Source: a bacterium
Lineage (GTDB): Bacteria > Bacteroidota > Bacteroidia > Bacteroidales > Muribaculaceae
Assembly (NCBI GenBank): GCA_014802625.1
Contig: JAAVBX010000005.1
Coordinates: 125,879-189,878, forward strand
Reading direction: 5' to 3'
Length of the DNA stretch: 64,000 nt
The stretch's first letter is position 1; each line of letters starts with the position of its first letter. Position numbers and translations under genes: made by a program. Below, in pieces: positions 1 to 10,800 of the stretch. The notes beneath the pieces were generated by a model. The model was not told the origin of the DNA and did not search any database. It worked only from the letters and a program-made list of their open reading frames with translations.

Positions 1-26
1 CGAGGTGTAAGATGAATGGTATAGAA

Positions 27-242
27 TCATGATAACACTCCTTCCTCTCGCATAAAATCAGTAATATCCTCCATAAGATAGCGTGAACTGAAAGTATGAA
101 GGACATCATATGAAGGGACAATATAATCATAAAGGATGCCGGACTTGTTAAGCCGTTGGTACACATCACTCTGTGATAAATTTAAGTACACAGCGAGTTT
201 GCTTATAAGGAATGTTACAAATTCAAGTTCTTTTCGATTCAT
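27..242 (-). CDS. DUF3791-like small protein
   Basis: MNRKELEFVTFLISKLA...LYDYIVPSYDVLHTFS resembles Bacteroidales DUF3791 proteins; ATG at 242 preferred over TTG at 254. Confidence 0.65.
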   Translation of the reverse strand: MNRKELEFVTFLISKLAVYLNLSQSDVYQRLNKSGILYDYIVPSYDVLHTFSSRYLMEDITDFMREEGVLS

Positions 243-260
243 ACCTACTATCAATGTTAA

Positions 261-368
261 GAGAGTGATTGGATTTAACTTTCATTCCCTCGGAAAGACG
301 CTTCAAGGGGATGAAAAGCATCTACCCCTTTAAAGGTAAAAATATAATCATGTTAAATTCAAACACTA
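261..368. mobile_element. Internally deleted copy of the MITE-like element at 16438-16632
   Basis: gagagtgattggatttaactttcattc...cggaaagacgcttcaagg...gttaaattcaaacac aligns to both ends of the 16438 copy; the central ~85 nt are missing. Confidence 0.75.
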
Positions 369-521
369 TATAAATACTATGGGTTCATACTTGCGAAATT
401 ACATAAATTAATTGTAACACACAAATACAGATGCATCTTTTTAAGGTATCGCATAACCGGCCCAAAGGAAATTGCTCAATAATTTCCTTTGGGTCGTATC
501 TTTGTAAATCTATGGGAAAAG

Positions 522-553
522 TTTGGAGATTAAGCATAGATTCGCTATTTTTG
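522..553 (+). promoter_or_regulatory. Bacteroidetes sigma-A promoter
   Basis: TTTG 522-525, 20-nt spacer, TATTTTTG 546-553, upstream of the XRE gene. Confidence 0.55.
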
Positions 554-617
554 CAGGTGATATTATTATCACTAATGTTAATATTAAGCCTGAATATGGC
601 GGTTAATTATAATAATA

Positions 618-932
618 ATGATATTTACGAATCGAAGCATAAGTCCGGGAGAAATCATCCGCACGTTCGGACGAAGATTCCGCGAATACCGGATGACTCT
701 GGACCTGACACGCCAACAGGTGGCTGATCAGACCTGCCTGAGTATGACTACCCTATACAAGCTGGAGACAGGGCAAATGACCGACATGTCGATGCAGACG
801 ATGTTGAAGTTGCTGAGGGTGGTGGGATTATATGAAAACTGGGATAAGCTACTTCCGGAAATTCCCGAATCACCGTATCTCTATAAACCCGACATGACCA
901 AACGTCAAAGAATACGTCACAAAAAAACATGA
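618..932 (+). CDS. XRE-family HTH regulator, HipB-like antitoxin
   Basis: FGRRFREYRMTLDLTRQQVADQTCLSMTTLYKLETG HTH; C-terminal KRQRIR; ATGA overlap with a HipA-like N-terminus. Confidence 0.8.
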   Translation: MIFTNRSISPGEIIRTFGRRFREYRMTLDLTRQQVADQTCLSMTTLYKLETGQMTDMSMQTMLKLLRVVGLYENWDKLLPEIPESPYLYKPDMTKRQRIRHKKT

Positions 933-967
933 ACATACTGAAAGTTTACTTATGGGGGGAGGAGTGA
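929..967 (+). pseudogene. HipA toxin N-terminal remnant (MNILKVYLWGEE*)
   Basis: ATGA-coupled to the XRE gene; LKVxLWGEE matches HipA coupled-domain starts; stops after 12 codons. Confidence 0.6.
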
Positions 968-1170
968 AGATATATGGCATTATATAGTCTATTGGCTACC
1001 GTTTCGGTCAGGGATTTACCGATAGAAAAACAGTTGGCAATCATAGAAGAGTTATTCCCGGGTGTATGATGTAAATAGCCGTGCGGGATGTGAGAATATT
1101 GACTTTGTATTTAGACAAAAATATTTCACTGATTTTGTCAAATGATATTTTGTTTAAATTCTCATAAAAT

Positions 1171-1201
1171 TTTGAAAATTAGAAAATCTTTTGTAATTTT
1201 G
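1171..1201 (+). promoter_or_regulatory. Bacteroidetes sigma-A promoter
   Basis: TTTG 1171-1174, 19-nt spacer, TAATTTTG 1194-1201. Confidence 0.65.
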
Positions 1202-1204
1202 CTG

Positions 1205-1580
1205 ACGCAAGCCGCAACGCAGAGGCCCGGTCGTGGGTTATGCGGGAGGGGTTGCAACTGCTGGTAAGTAAAAGGCTTACCTAAATTTAATTGGATGCGT
1301 TTACTCGACGCTCTTTCTTGACGTATGGAAATCTGGTAAATTTCAATCTCAGTCAAGAATGTAGCAAACGGTAGATGCCCTTGTGGATATGTATATTAAA
1401 ACTGAACCTGCGCGTGAGCGTGAGTTTGGCTGTATATCATATTCTGCGTGAGGCCTCTGCAAGTTTGCTCGTTCAACTGAGATGGGCAATACCAGAGCCT
1501 CCATACGTGGGACGAGCAACAGTACAGACCTCACGTTTCCATTTTCTAACCATTCAACGCCGAAGAGAGGGTCCGGAGGC
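1205..1580 (+). ncRNA. Candidate large structured RNA / 5' leader
   Basis: Nested complementary segments 1321-1329/1500-1508, 1332-1338/1490-1496, 1346-1353/1476-1483, 1363-1369/1463-1469; also 1219-1227/1452-1460. Confidence 0.55.
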
Positions 1581-1593
1581 ACATTTAATCAAA

Positions 1594-1800
1594 ATGAAAC
1601 GAGAAATAAAGTTGGCATTCAATGCAACTCTTCTGGCAACAGATGAAGAAGCTTTGAAGAACTGCTTGAGTCTTCTAAAAGAATTAGACGACAAAGGCTT
1701 TCTCAAAAACGGTAAAATCGTTTTTGAGGATGAAAATGAAGAAGATGTCAAGGAAATCTTTGACCGTCACGTCCCCAATTCTGAGGCTACAATAAAATGA
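1594..1800 (+). CDS. Small hypothetical protein (68 aa)
   Basis: ATG after A-rich initiation region; ATGA overlap with the LRR gene. Confidence 0.5.
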   Translation: MKREIKLAFNATLLATDEEALKNCLSLLKELDDKGFLKNGKIVFEDENEEDVKEIFDRHVPNSEATIK

Positions 1801-3287
1801 TGAGACCCCTTATGATACGTCTAGGAATGCTGACAGGGATGCTGTTGGCATTCCTTACCACCTCTGCGTATGATTTCGAAGTAGATGGGATTTTCTACAA
1901 TTTTGTTTCAGCATCAGATTTGACTTGTAAGGTCACTGCAGGTGATGATACGGATAAGTATGGAGGAGATATAATAATACCATCAAAGGTAAAATTTCAG
2001 AATAAGGAACTGTCTGTAGTGGAGGTTGGAGATAAATGTTTCGAAAGATGCACTGATTTGACCTCGGTACAGATACCTTCGTCTGTAACCAGACTTGGTA
2101 GTATGAGTTTCTATGGTTGTACCGGTCTGACCTCGATACAGAGACCCTCGTCTGTAACCAGTCTTGGTGATAACTGCTTCAGTTTTTGCAAACGTTTAAC
2201 CTCAGTGCAGATACCCTCTTCCGTAAACAAGCTTGGCTATTATTGCTTCAGTGATTGCAGTGGTTTAACCTCAGTGCAGATATCTTCATCTATCACGGAA
2301 ATCCCCGATGGATGTTTCGCCCAATGTGGCAATCTTGTCTCGGTCCAGATTCCATCCTCCGTCACAACTCTGGATAATAGTTGTTTCTACAGATGTGGCA
2401 ATCTTGTCTCAGTCCAGATTCCATCATCCGTCAAAAGTATTGGGAAAAGCTGTTTCTCCTATTGTTATGAATTAACATCAATATACCTCCCATCATCGGT
2501 GAAAAGTATGGGTACAGAATGCTTTGAAGATTGTTCAAAACTTTCCTCAGTTGTGTCCAACGTGGAGTATATTCCAGAAAGCGCATTTAGTGGTACTTCA
2601 ATAGTTGATCTAAAAATAGGCGAAGGAACTAAACTCATCTGTGTGAGTAGTGGTAGAGCAGAGTATCCTACTTTCCCTAAGGGTATTAAAAAAATAGAGT
2701 TTGAAGAACAAGAAGACGAGATAAGCATTGGGTATTATGATCGGTATGGAGCGTTTACACTGGACCCAGACCCCGATTTAGCTAGGTATGGCTTTTTTAA
2801 GGAAACATGGGCAGAGGATCTTGAAATTCTTTTCTTGGGTACAACATTAAAAGGAATACCCTTGATATGTCCAAATCTAAAGGAACTCACAATTGGTGCA
2901 AAAGTGGATCGTTTGGGACTTGGATCGAATAATGGATATACTTCAACTACTTATGAGACCTTAGATCTGGGATATTTCAGTCAACTTGTAACCCTAAAAA
3001 GCCTTAATCCAATTCCGCCTAACATTGGTAAACCGACTCAGATGCAATACGTAAATCTTGAAGTTGAGGTTCCGGAGGAGGCTTTAGAAGCGTATAAGTC
3101 GGATCCGGTATGGGGAAGTTTCTGGAATCTGAAGGGTGTCTCGGGTACAAAAACGGTATCATCGACTCCGGAGAGAGAAGTGACCGGCTATTATGATCTA
3201 TCAGGTCGGCAAGTGGATGAAACATTCAGTGGTATGGTGATTGTCCGTTTCTCTGATGGGTCTGCCAAGAAGATGATGTGGAGGTAA
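1797..3287 (+). CDS. BspA-like leucine-rich repeat (LRR_5) secreted protein with CTD
   Basis: Signal peptide; YDFEVDGIFY start; ~8 x 23-aa LTSVQIPSSVTxLGxxCFxxC repeats; YYDLSGR...KKMM tail. Confidence 0.9.
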   Translation: MMRPLMIRLGMLTGMLLAFLTTSAYDFEVDGIFYNFVSASDLTCKVTAGDDTDKYGGDIIIPSKVKFQNKELSVVEVGDKCFERCTDLTSVQIPSSVTRLGSMSFYGCTGLTSIQRPSSVTSLGDNCFSFCKRLTSVQIPSSVNKLGYYCFSDCSGLTSVQISSSITEIPDGCFAQCGNLVSVQIPSSVTTLDNSCFYRCGNLVSVQIPSSVKSIGKSCFSYCYELTSIYLPSSVKSMGTECFEDCSKLSSVVSNVEYIPESAFSGTSIVDLKIGEGTKLICVSSGRAEYPTFPKGIKKIEFEEQEDEISIGYYDRYGAFTLDPDPDLARYGFFKETWAEDLEILFLGTTLKGIPLICPNLKELTIGAKVDRLGLGSNNGYTSTTYETLDLGYFSQLVTLKSLNPIPPNIGKPTQMQYVNLEVEVPEEALEAYKSDPVWGSFWNLKGVSGTKTVSSTPEREVTGYYDLSGRQVDETFSGMVIVRFSDGSAKKMMWR

Positions 3288-3424
3288 TCTCTTGAGTTAT
3301 ATCTAACCAAATAGGATATATAGTTTCCAATTGTATGCAGGTCTCTACTGTGCATACTCTTATAGATCCGTAGGGAGGTGCTGGAAAGGCTCCTATATTA
3401 AGATTAACTCCTAACTTTCAGATT

Positions 3425-3514
3425 ATGAAAATAACTGGAACTTATAAGGTGGAAATCGCTTTCCGTGAGTGGGTGGTTCTACTACTTGTAGTTTTATCAC
3501 TCATCTTGTCTTAA
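3425..3514 (+). CDS. 29-aa hydrophobic small protein (type I toxin-like), absent from the ORF track
   Basis: MKITGTYKVEIAFREWVVLLLVVLSLILS*, followed immediately by a 17-bp hairpin. Confidence 0.5.
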   Translation: MKITGTYKVEIAFREWVVLLLVVLSLILS

Positions 3515-3519
3515 ACCTC

Positions 3520-3563
3520 GATTCTACAAAAAATACCTCGGTATTTTTTGTAGAATCTTTTTA
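3520..3563 (+). terminator. Intrinsic terminator, 17-bp stem
   Basis: gattctacaaaaaatac-ctcg-gtattttttgtagaatc plus T-run. Confidence 0.8.
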
Positions 3564-3712
3564 TGTGGTTCTATGTGGCTCCATCCGGATAGGAAAAAAA
3601 GTGATGGGGTATAGGTGTGATTGAGAAAAAAATCGTAAATTTGTAGCGTCTGAATGAATGACGGAAAATTCCCCGCCTTAGACAGTTGAAACGATTAACC
3701 TATATTCAAATC

Positions 3713-5407
3713 ATGAAAACACGTATAATAGAATGTGTCCCTAATTTCAGTGAGGGACGCGATCCTGAGAAGATCAAACAGATCACCGATGCAATCACAG
3801 CGGTGAAGGGTGTGAAGCTGCTCGACGTTGACCCCGGTGAGGCTACCAACCGTACGGTCGTGACTTTCGTCGGCGAACCGGAGGCGGTAGTAGAGGCCGC
3901 TTTCCAGGGAATCAAGCGGGCTGCCGAACTGATCGACATGCGCGGCCATCATGGCGCGCATCCGCGCATGGGCGCAACTGATGTCTGCCCCCTTATCCCG
4001 GTTGCCGGCGTGACACTCGAAGAGTGCGCCGAACTCTCCCGCAAGCTCGCCGAGCGAGTGGCGGAGGAACTCGGTATCCCCACATATTGCTACGAGGCGG
4101 CTGCATTCCGCCCCGAGCGCAAGAACCTCGCTGTATGCCGAGAGGGTGAATACGAAGCCCTCCCCAAAAAGATGGGCGACCCCGACAAGGGTCCCGATTT
4201 CGGCAACCGTCCCTTCGATGAGGCTGTAGCCAAGAGCGGCGCCACAACCATAGGTGCGCGCGACTTCCTTATCGCAGTCAACTATAACCTCAATACGACC
4301 TCCACACGTCGTGCCAACGCCATCGCGTTCGATGTGCGCGAGAAGGGACGCCCCGTACGCGAGGGTGGCAAAGTGACGGGCAAACCCCTCAAGGATGCCG
4401 AAGGAAAAGTCATCATGCAGCCCGGCACCCTGAAAGGGACTAAAGCCATCGGATGGTTTATCGATGAATACGGTATCGCGCAGGTATCGATGAACATCAC
4501 CGACATCGCGACCGTTCCCTTGCACGTGGCTTTCGACGAGGTATGCCGCGCGGCACGCGAGCGTGGTGTGCGTGTCACCGGAACAGAGATCGTAGGTCTT
4601 GTGCCGAAGCGCACGCTTATCGACGCCGGCAAATACTTCCTGAAGAAGCAGCAGCGTTCAGCCGGTATCCCCGACGAAGAGATTATCCGCATCGCCGTCA
4701 AGTCAATGGGTCTCGACGAGCTGAAACCCTTCGATCCGAAGGAGAAAGTCATCGAATATCTCGTTGAGGATGATTCCGCCAAGAAACTCGTTGACCTGAC
4801 AGCACGCGGATTCGCCGAAGAGACTGCAAGCGAGTCACCGGCACCCGGCGGCGGCTCAATATCCGCCTATATGGGAGCTCTCGGCGCGGCCCTGGGCACG
4901 ATGGTGGCCAATCTGACAGCCCATAAGGCAGCCTATGACGACCGTTGGGAGGAATTCTCCGATTACGCAGAGCAGGGACAGGCACTGATGGAGCGACTGC
5001 TTCACCTTGTCGACGAGGATACGGCTGCATTCAACCGTATAATGGATGTCTTCGCCATGCCGAAATCCACCGATGCTGAGAAGGCCGCCCGCGCGGCAGC
5101 CATGGAGGCCGCCACGCTGTATGCCACCGAGGTGCCGCTTCACACGATGGAGGCAGCCTTCGAGGTGTTCCCCCTCGTAAGAGCGATGGCCGAATTCGGC
5201 AATCCCAACTCAGTGACCGATGCCGGCGTAGGAGCGTTGGCCGCTCGTGCGGCTGTGCGCGGAGCCTTCCTCAACGTGAAGATCAACGCGGCCGGTCTCA
5301 AGGACCGTGCCAAGGCTGAGGCGCTTATCGCCCGTGGAGCCGAAATCGCGGCGGCCGCAGCCGCCGAGGAGGAGACCGTGCTCACCGTCGTAGAATCCAA
5401 GATCTAA
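3713..5407 (+). CDS. ftcD: Glutamate formimidoyltransferase / formiminotetrahydrofolate cyclodeaminase
   Basis: IIECVPNFSEGRD, HPRMGATDVCP, and SPAPGGGS cyclodeaminase domain. Confidence 0.95.
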   Translation: MKTRIIECVPNFSEGRDPEKIKQITDAITAVKGVKLLDVDPGEATNRTVVTFVGEPEAVVEAAFQGIKRAAELIDMRGHHGAHPRMGATDVCPLIPVAGVTLEECAELSRKLAERVAEELGIPTYCYEAAAFRPERKNLAVCREGEYEALPKKMGDPDKGPDFGNRPFDEAVAKSGATTIGARDFLIAVNYNLNTTSTRRANAIAFDVREKGRPVREGGKVTGKPLKDAEGKVIMQPGTLKGTKAIGWFIDEYGIAQVSMNITDIATVPLHVAFDEVCRAARERGVRVTGTEIVGLVPKRTLIDAGKYFLKKQQRSAGIPDEEIIRIAVKSMGLDELKPFDPKEKVIEYLVEDDSAKKLVDLTARGFAEETASESPAPGGGSISAYMGALGAALGTMVANLTAHKAAYDDRWEEFSDYAEQGQALMERLLHLVDEDTAAFNRIMDVFAMPKSTDAEKAARAAAMEAATLYATEVPLHTMEAAFEVFPLVRAMAEFGNPNSVTDAGVGALAARAAVRGAFLNVKINAAGLKDRAKAEALIARGAEIAAAAAAEEETVLTVVESKI

Positions 5408-5444
5408 GGGTATAAGAAAATACCTTATCCAAATCCCGTATAGC

Positions 5445-5487
5445 CCCGCTGATACGCTCCTGTCCATACATGGAGCGTATCGGCGGG
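5445..5487 (+). terminator. Hairpin downstream of ftcD
   Basis: cccgctgatacgctcc...ggagcgtatcggcggg. Confidence 0.6.
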
Positions 5488-5665
5488 AATTATTGTTTCC
5501 CGGAGCGTGTGGGTATGCCTATGGTAATTATTATATATTGTGTAATTCGTTAAATTACTTCAATTTTTATCCCGGGGATATTGCAAAAACATGAATAGTG
5601 TATTAATTTTGCATTTTCAATAAGATTCATTCTTTTATTTTTTAACTAACCTATTTTAATTATCC

Positions 5666-7759
5666 ATGTTCAAAAAGAGATTTGACGGCAAGCCACTCGC
5701 CATGCTATCGACACTGTTGATGGCGGTGTGCCTGTCAATGTTCGCTGCCTCCCGCGAGGGGGAGTGGGCACTGAATCCTTCAGATTTTCGGTATGACATG
5801 AGCCTCTATTTCACAGTCGGTCCCGAGCAATTCGCGGATGCCGAGAAATATGAGATAGGGGCATTTGTCGGTGACGAATGTCGCGGGACAGCCCGGCTTC
5901 TCGACCTCCCGGACGGTGGAAGTTGCCTTTACATGCGTATCCGCAGCAACGCCTCCTCGGGTGAGGAGGTGGAGTTCCTGATGCGCGACCGCGCCACGTC
6001 GCAGACCTATGTCCTGAAGGATAAGACGGGATCACTTTTCTCGTTTGAGTCAGACGGAATCGTGGGACTCCCCTCGAAGCCTTACGAGATGACCCCCTGG
6101 TTCACGGTCAACGTAGAGGCCGGGGAGAACGGTACGGTCAAGGCTGACAACGGCTCGTATGCCTGGGGCAGCGAGATTGAAATCGAGGCCACAGCTGCGG
6201 AGGGTTACCACTTCCTCGGCTGGAGCGACGGTTACACCGACAATCCCCGCAGCATTACAGTGGAGTCAGACATCAACCTGACGGCCGCTTTCGAGGTGAG
6301 CTCCTACAACCTCACATTCGAGCTCGACGGACAGCTTTATGAGCTGAAGACCCTGAACTACGGCGAGACCGTCGTACTTCCCGAGGTGCCCGAGGTTGAG
6401 GGCTACAGCTTCACCGGCTGGGGTGATGCTCCCGAGACGATGCCCGCGCATGAGGTGACACTGACAGGCTCCTACAAAATCAACAGCTACAAGCTTCAGC
6501 TTGTGCTTGACGGTGAAGTCTATCAGGAGTATGAGACCGAATACGGCACTCCCCTCAAGCGCGAGGACTTTGACGGCTCCACGCCTCCGGAGCGCGAGGG
6601 TTACACCTTCTCCGGCTGGGGCGAGGTGCCCGAGACGATGCCCGCCCGCGACCTTGAGCTTATCGGCACATACAATGTCAATTCATATCTCCTGACTCTC
6701 ATGCTCAACGGCGAGGTCTACGAGGTGATGACTGTGGAATATGGCGCTGCGCTCAATCTCCCGACCCCTCCCGAGCAGGAGGGTCAGTCATGGGATGGCT
6801 GGGATGACGCACCCGAGACTATGCCCGCGCATGATCTCATCCTTACGGGCGACTATGAGTTCAACGGCTATCAGCTGACGCTCATCGTCGACGGCGAACT
6901 TTATGAGCTCAAGACAATCCTCTACGGCGATCCCATTGAACTTCCCGAGATGCCGGAGCGCGAGGGTTACACCTTCTCCGGCTGGAGCGACGCTCCCGCC
7001 AAGATGCCCGCCCGCAACGTGGAGGTGACAGGCGACTACAATGTGAACTACTACAAGCTCACGTTCCGCATCGCCGGCAAGGTATATAAAGAGGAGGAAC
7101 TGGCCTATGGCACGGAAATCGTAGTCGAGGATCCGCAGGTGCCCGAAGGATTCACCTTCAGCGGCTGGGGCGAGGTGCTGAAGACTATGCCCGCGCACGA
7201 CGTGGAGTATGACGGCGCGTATATCGTGAATACCTACACGCTGACGCTGATGCTCAATGATGAGGTCTACGAGATTCTGACACTCGATTACGGCAGCGAC
7301 ATCACTCTTCCCGAGATGCCTGAGCGCGAGGGTTACACCTTCTCCGGCTGGAGCGAGGCTCCGCTGCAGATGCCTGCCCGGGACGTGACCGTCACCGGCG
7401 AATACACCATCAACTACTATGTGCTGACTATCTACATCGACAACGAGGTTTACTCCACGAGCCTGTTGGCCTACGGCGAGACAATCGTACTTCCCGAACC
7501 CGAAGCACCGGAAGGCAAGGACTTCAAGGGCTGGGAAGGTGAGATCCCGCAGGCTATGCCGGCGCATAATGTCGACATCTACGGCACCTTCGGTGTTTCC
7601 GTGGGCGTGTCATCGGTGGGCGCCGAGGCGGCGGACTCGTTTGATGTCATCGGTCTTGACGGCACTGTGATACTTCGCGGTGCAAAGACTCCGGCCGACC
7701 TCGAAGGTCTCGCTCCCGGCATCTATGTCGTGGGTGGCCGCAAGGTGGTAGTCAAGTGA
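5666..7759 (+). CDS. Secreted InlB B-repeat (Listeria-Bacteroides repeat) protein
   Basis: Signal peptide; GAFVGDECRG domain; one Flg_new_2-like and seven ~62-aa EGYTFSGW..P..MPA repeats; CTD. Confidence 0.85.
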   Translation: MFKKRFDGKPLAMLSTLLMAVCLSMFAASREGEWALNPSDFRYDMSLYFTVGPEQFADAEKYEIGAFVGDECRGTARLLDLPDGGSCLYMRIRSNASSGEEVEFLMRDRATSQTYVLKDKTGSLFSFESDGIVGLPSKPYEMTPWFTVNVEAGENGTVKADNGSYAWGSEIEIEATAAEGYHFLGWSDGYTDNPRSITVESDINLTAAFEVSSYNLTFELDGQLYELKTLNYGETVVLPEVPEVEGYSFTGWGDAPETMPAHEVTLTGSYKINSYKLQLVLDGEVYQEYETEYGTPLKREDFDGSTPPEREGYTFSGWGEVPETMPARDLELIGTYNVNSYLLTLMLNGEVYEVMTVEYGAALNLPTPPEQEGQSWDGWDDAPETMPAHDLILTGDYEFNGYQLTLIVDGELYELKTILYGDPIELPEMPEREGYTFSGWSDAPAKMPARNVEVTGDYNVNYYKLTFRIAGKVYKEEELAYGTEIVVEDPQVPEGFTFSGWGEVLKTMPAHDVEYDGAYIVNTYTLTLMLNDEVYEILTLDYGSDITLPEMPEREGYTFSGWSEAPLQMPARDVTVTGEYTINYYVLTIYIDNEVYSTSLLAYGETIVLPEPEAPEGKDFKGWEGEIPQAMPAHNVDIYGTFGVSVGVSSVGAEAADSFDVIGLDGTVILRGAKTPADLEGLAPGIYVVGGRKVVVK

Positions 7760-7803
7760 TAGACTCAACAGACAATAATCCACAAACTAACTGTAAATAG
7801 CTT

Positions 7804-10800
7804 ATGTTTAAATCGATTCAGCAGTCGCTTCTTCTTGCGCTCTGCGCGACGGCCCCGGCAGTGTCGGCGGCAGCGACGCTCAGCGAGGATGAGGCAAAGG
7901 ATGTCGCCGCTGAATTCTTTCAGTCAGGCGATGTAAGCCGTCTGGCCCACAAGGATGCACTCACACTTGCATTCGTGGCGAAGGACGGACAGTCGAATCC
8001 TGTCTCTTACGTATTCAATGCGAAGGATGGCCGCGGATTCGTCATCGTGTCGGCCGACAGCGATGCCCTTCCGGTGCTCGGTTATTCCGACACATCGGTA
8101 TGGGATGTAGCCGCACAGCCCGCCTCGGCCCGGGAGTTCATCTCCTCGCCCGTGCGCATTGAGGAGGCCGGACGCCGCATCATGCGCACCGCACGCTACG
8201 GCGAACAGACCTCCAAACTTCTCGAGACTCCGTCGTGGAGTCAGGAGGCCCCCTTCAACAACAATATCCCCAACCGCCGTCTGACCGGTTGTGTCGGCGT
8301 GGCACTTGCCGAAATCATGAAGTATCACAACTTCCCGGCTGCACGTCCGACCTCGCTCGTCAACCTCGGCGAGGCGCCCGACTATCAGTGGGGCATGATG
8401 CGCATGGACAACTACCGCACCGGCTACGGTTCTGACGAGGCTGAGGCGGTCGCTACACTCGTGGCCGACGCCGCTATCGGTATCGGCACCGACTTCGGCA
8501 TGTCCTCCTCAAGCGCATTCGAGGTGAAAGTGCCCTATGCGCTGACATCACTTTTCGGTTATGATGCCGGTGTATCCTACAAGAAGCGCGATGAGCTCGA
8601 CAAGGCTTCATGGGATGCCCTCATCGTTAATGAGATCAACGAGGGTCGCCCCGTCCTCTACAGCGGTCAGGACGTATCCTCGGGTCACGCATTCGTCTGC
8701 GACGGCTATGAGATGCGCGGCGACACACCCTACTTCCACATCAACTGGGGCTGGGGTGGCTCTGCCAACGGTTACTTCGCTTCCGACGCGCTGAACCCCG
8801 TCGTCAGCAAGGCCCACAGCTATAATGACCTGATGACAATCATCTACAACATCAAGCCTGCCGCTTCGGCTCTCGAATGGTCGCCCATCCACGTGACCAG
8901 CGACGAACGCCAGATCGGTCTGACGCTTGATACGGATGACATCACATCGGTGGACAATTTCACGGTGCGTGTAGGCTCATTCAAGAATATTTCGAATTCC
9001 GACTTCTCCGGCAAGATGGCTGTCGCGCTCTTCAGCGCCGATGGCAAGCAGAAGTGTCTGCTGAGCGCAGCCCGCAACTTCAACCTTGTGGCGCTCCAGA
9101 TTTCGAAGTATCTTGATTTCAGCTGTAGCGTTCCCTCGGGCACTCAGGTGGCCGACGGCGACGTGGTGCGTATGGTCACTCAGGTAGCCGACGGCGCAGC
9201 TTGGCTTCCCGTGGCGGGCGACAACATGCTCGCTCCCGGCGAGATGCTCGCCAAGGGTGGTTCACTTTCCTACTTCAACGTGATGATTCCCGCATCCGCT
9301 GATTTCGTAGAGATCGACGGTGGTGAGGGTCGCGTAATCAAGGGTCGTGACTATAGCTTCAAGGTCGTTTCGACAGCTGCCGACAAGGTCGTGACAGTAA
9401 AGGCCAACGGCTTCATCCTGACACCCGATGCCGCCAACAATTACAAGCTGACCAACGTGCTCGCCGATCAGAAGATCGACATCATCGTGCAGAATGCGGC
9501 TGATGTCCTCTCAAAGAGCGTGCTCTGGGTGACTGCCGGTAATCTTAAGAATCTCCTCAACGAGAACGAGACCGCCACAGTGACCGACCTGACACTCTTC
9601 GGCACAATGAACGTCGATGACTTCACTTTCATCCGCGAGCGCATGAAGGTCAACCGTCTCGACATCTCCCAGGTATCTATCCTTGCAAGCGGTTCGAACC
9701 CCGCTAACGCCATCCCGACGAAGGCATTCACCGGCTACCGCTCGCTTCAGACAATTATTCTTCCCAATAACCTGTCGACGTTCAAGAACGGCTGTCTTGC
9801 ACAGACAGGTCTCCGCTCTATCGATATTCCCGCCTCCGTCGGCACTTGGGAATACAACGTATTCGTAGGTTGTAACCAGCTTCGCGAGGTGATCGCGCGT
9901 CGCTCATCTCCGGCATGGGTCAACTGGTGTGTATTCTCCGGCGTACCCCAGGACAAGCTGATTGTTCCCGTAGGTTCCGCAGCGGCATATGGCGCGAAGG
10001 AATATTGGGCAGACTTCAAGGAAATCGTAGAGGGTGTGCCTGCTGCTCCCACGACATTCTCCGTCACTGTGGCAGAGAAGAAGGGTCTCAAGTTCACCTC
10101 CCTCACCGAGGGCACCGAGTTCGAGAAGGGAGCCGCCTACGACTTCAAGCTCGAAACCGACAACTCCTTCGGCGATGCCGTAATGCAGGTCTACGCCAAC
10201 GCTACGCTTCTCAAGGCTGACGCCGAGGGTGTCTACCATGCCACCGTCAACGGCAACACCCTTATCCACGTAGAATTCCGCGAGCCTCAGGCCACTACCG
10301 TCGACAAATACTGGAAGCTCTCCAACGTGGAGGGTGGTATCGGTCTTGTATCATCGGTAGTCAACGTGCCCTTCGGCAAGACATTCACCGTGCGTGCCAA
10401 CGCAATCAAGGTGCCCGCCGGCGACCACGCCGTCAAGGTATACGCGATCGCGCTGACCGACAAGGATGGCAACATCAAGGAGTTCATCTCCCAGCAGATC
10501 CAGAACTACTCGGGCGCAGGCGCCAACCTCCTCTACAACTTCACCTGCCAGGTGAAGGAGGCAGAGATCAAGGAGGGCAACCAGCTCCGCCTCGTGACAT
10601 CCTACGACAAGAAGACATGGCAGTATGTAGTGGGTGAGGACGAGACTATCACCGACCGCCTTGAGGCTATCGGCAACCCCGTCATCTACCACAACGTGAC
10701 GATGCCCGCGAGCGTGACAGGCGCGAGAATCGAGGGTGGCGCGACGGAGGTCGTACGCGGTATGCCCCTCAATGTGAAGGTCAGCGCGATCAACCCCGCA

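Noticed and set aside
1375-1593. N-terminal extension of the 141-aa ORF
   Set aside because: Lies within the structured RNA; ATG 1594 has a better initiation context
2040-2560. DGR template/variable repeats in the LRR gene
   Set aside because: 69-bp in-frame LRR duplications; no reverse transcriptase and no adenine-specific pattern seen
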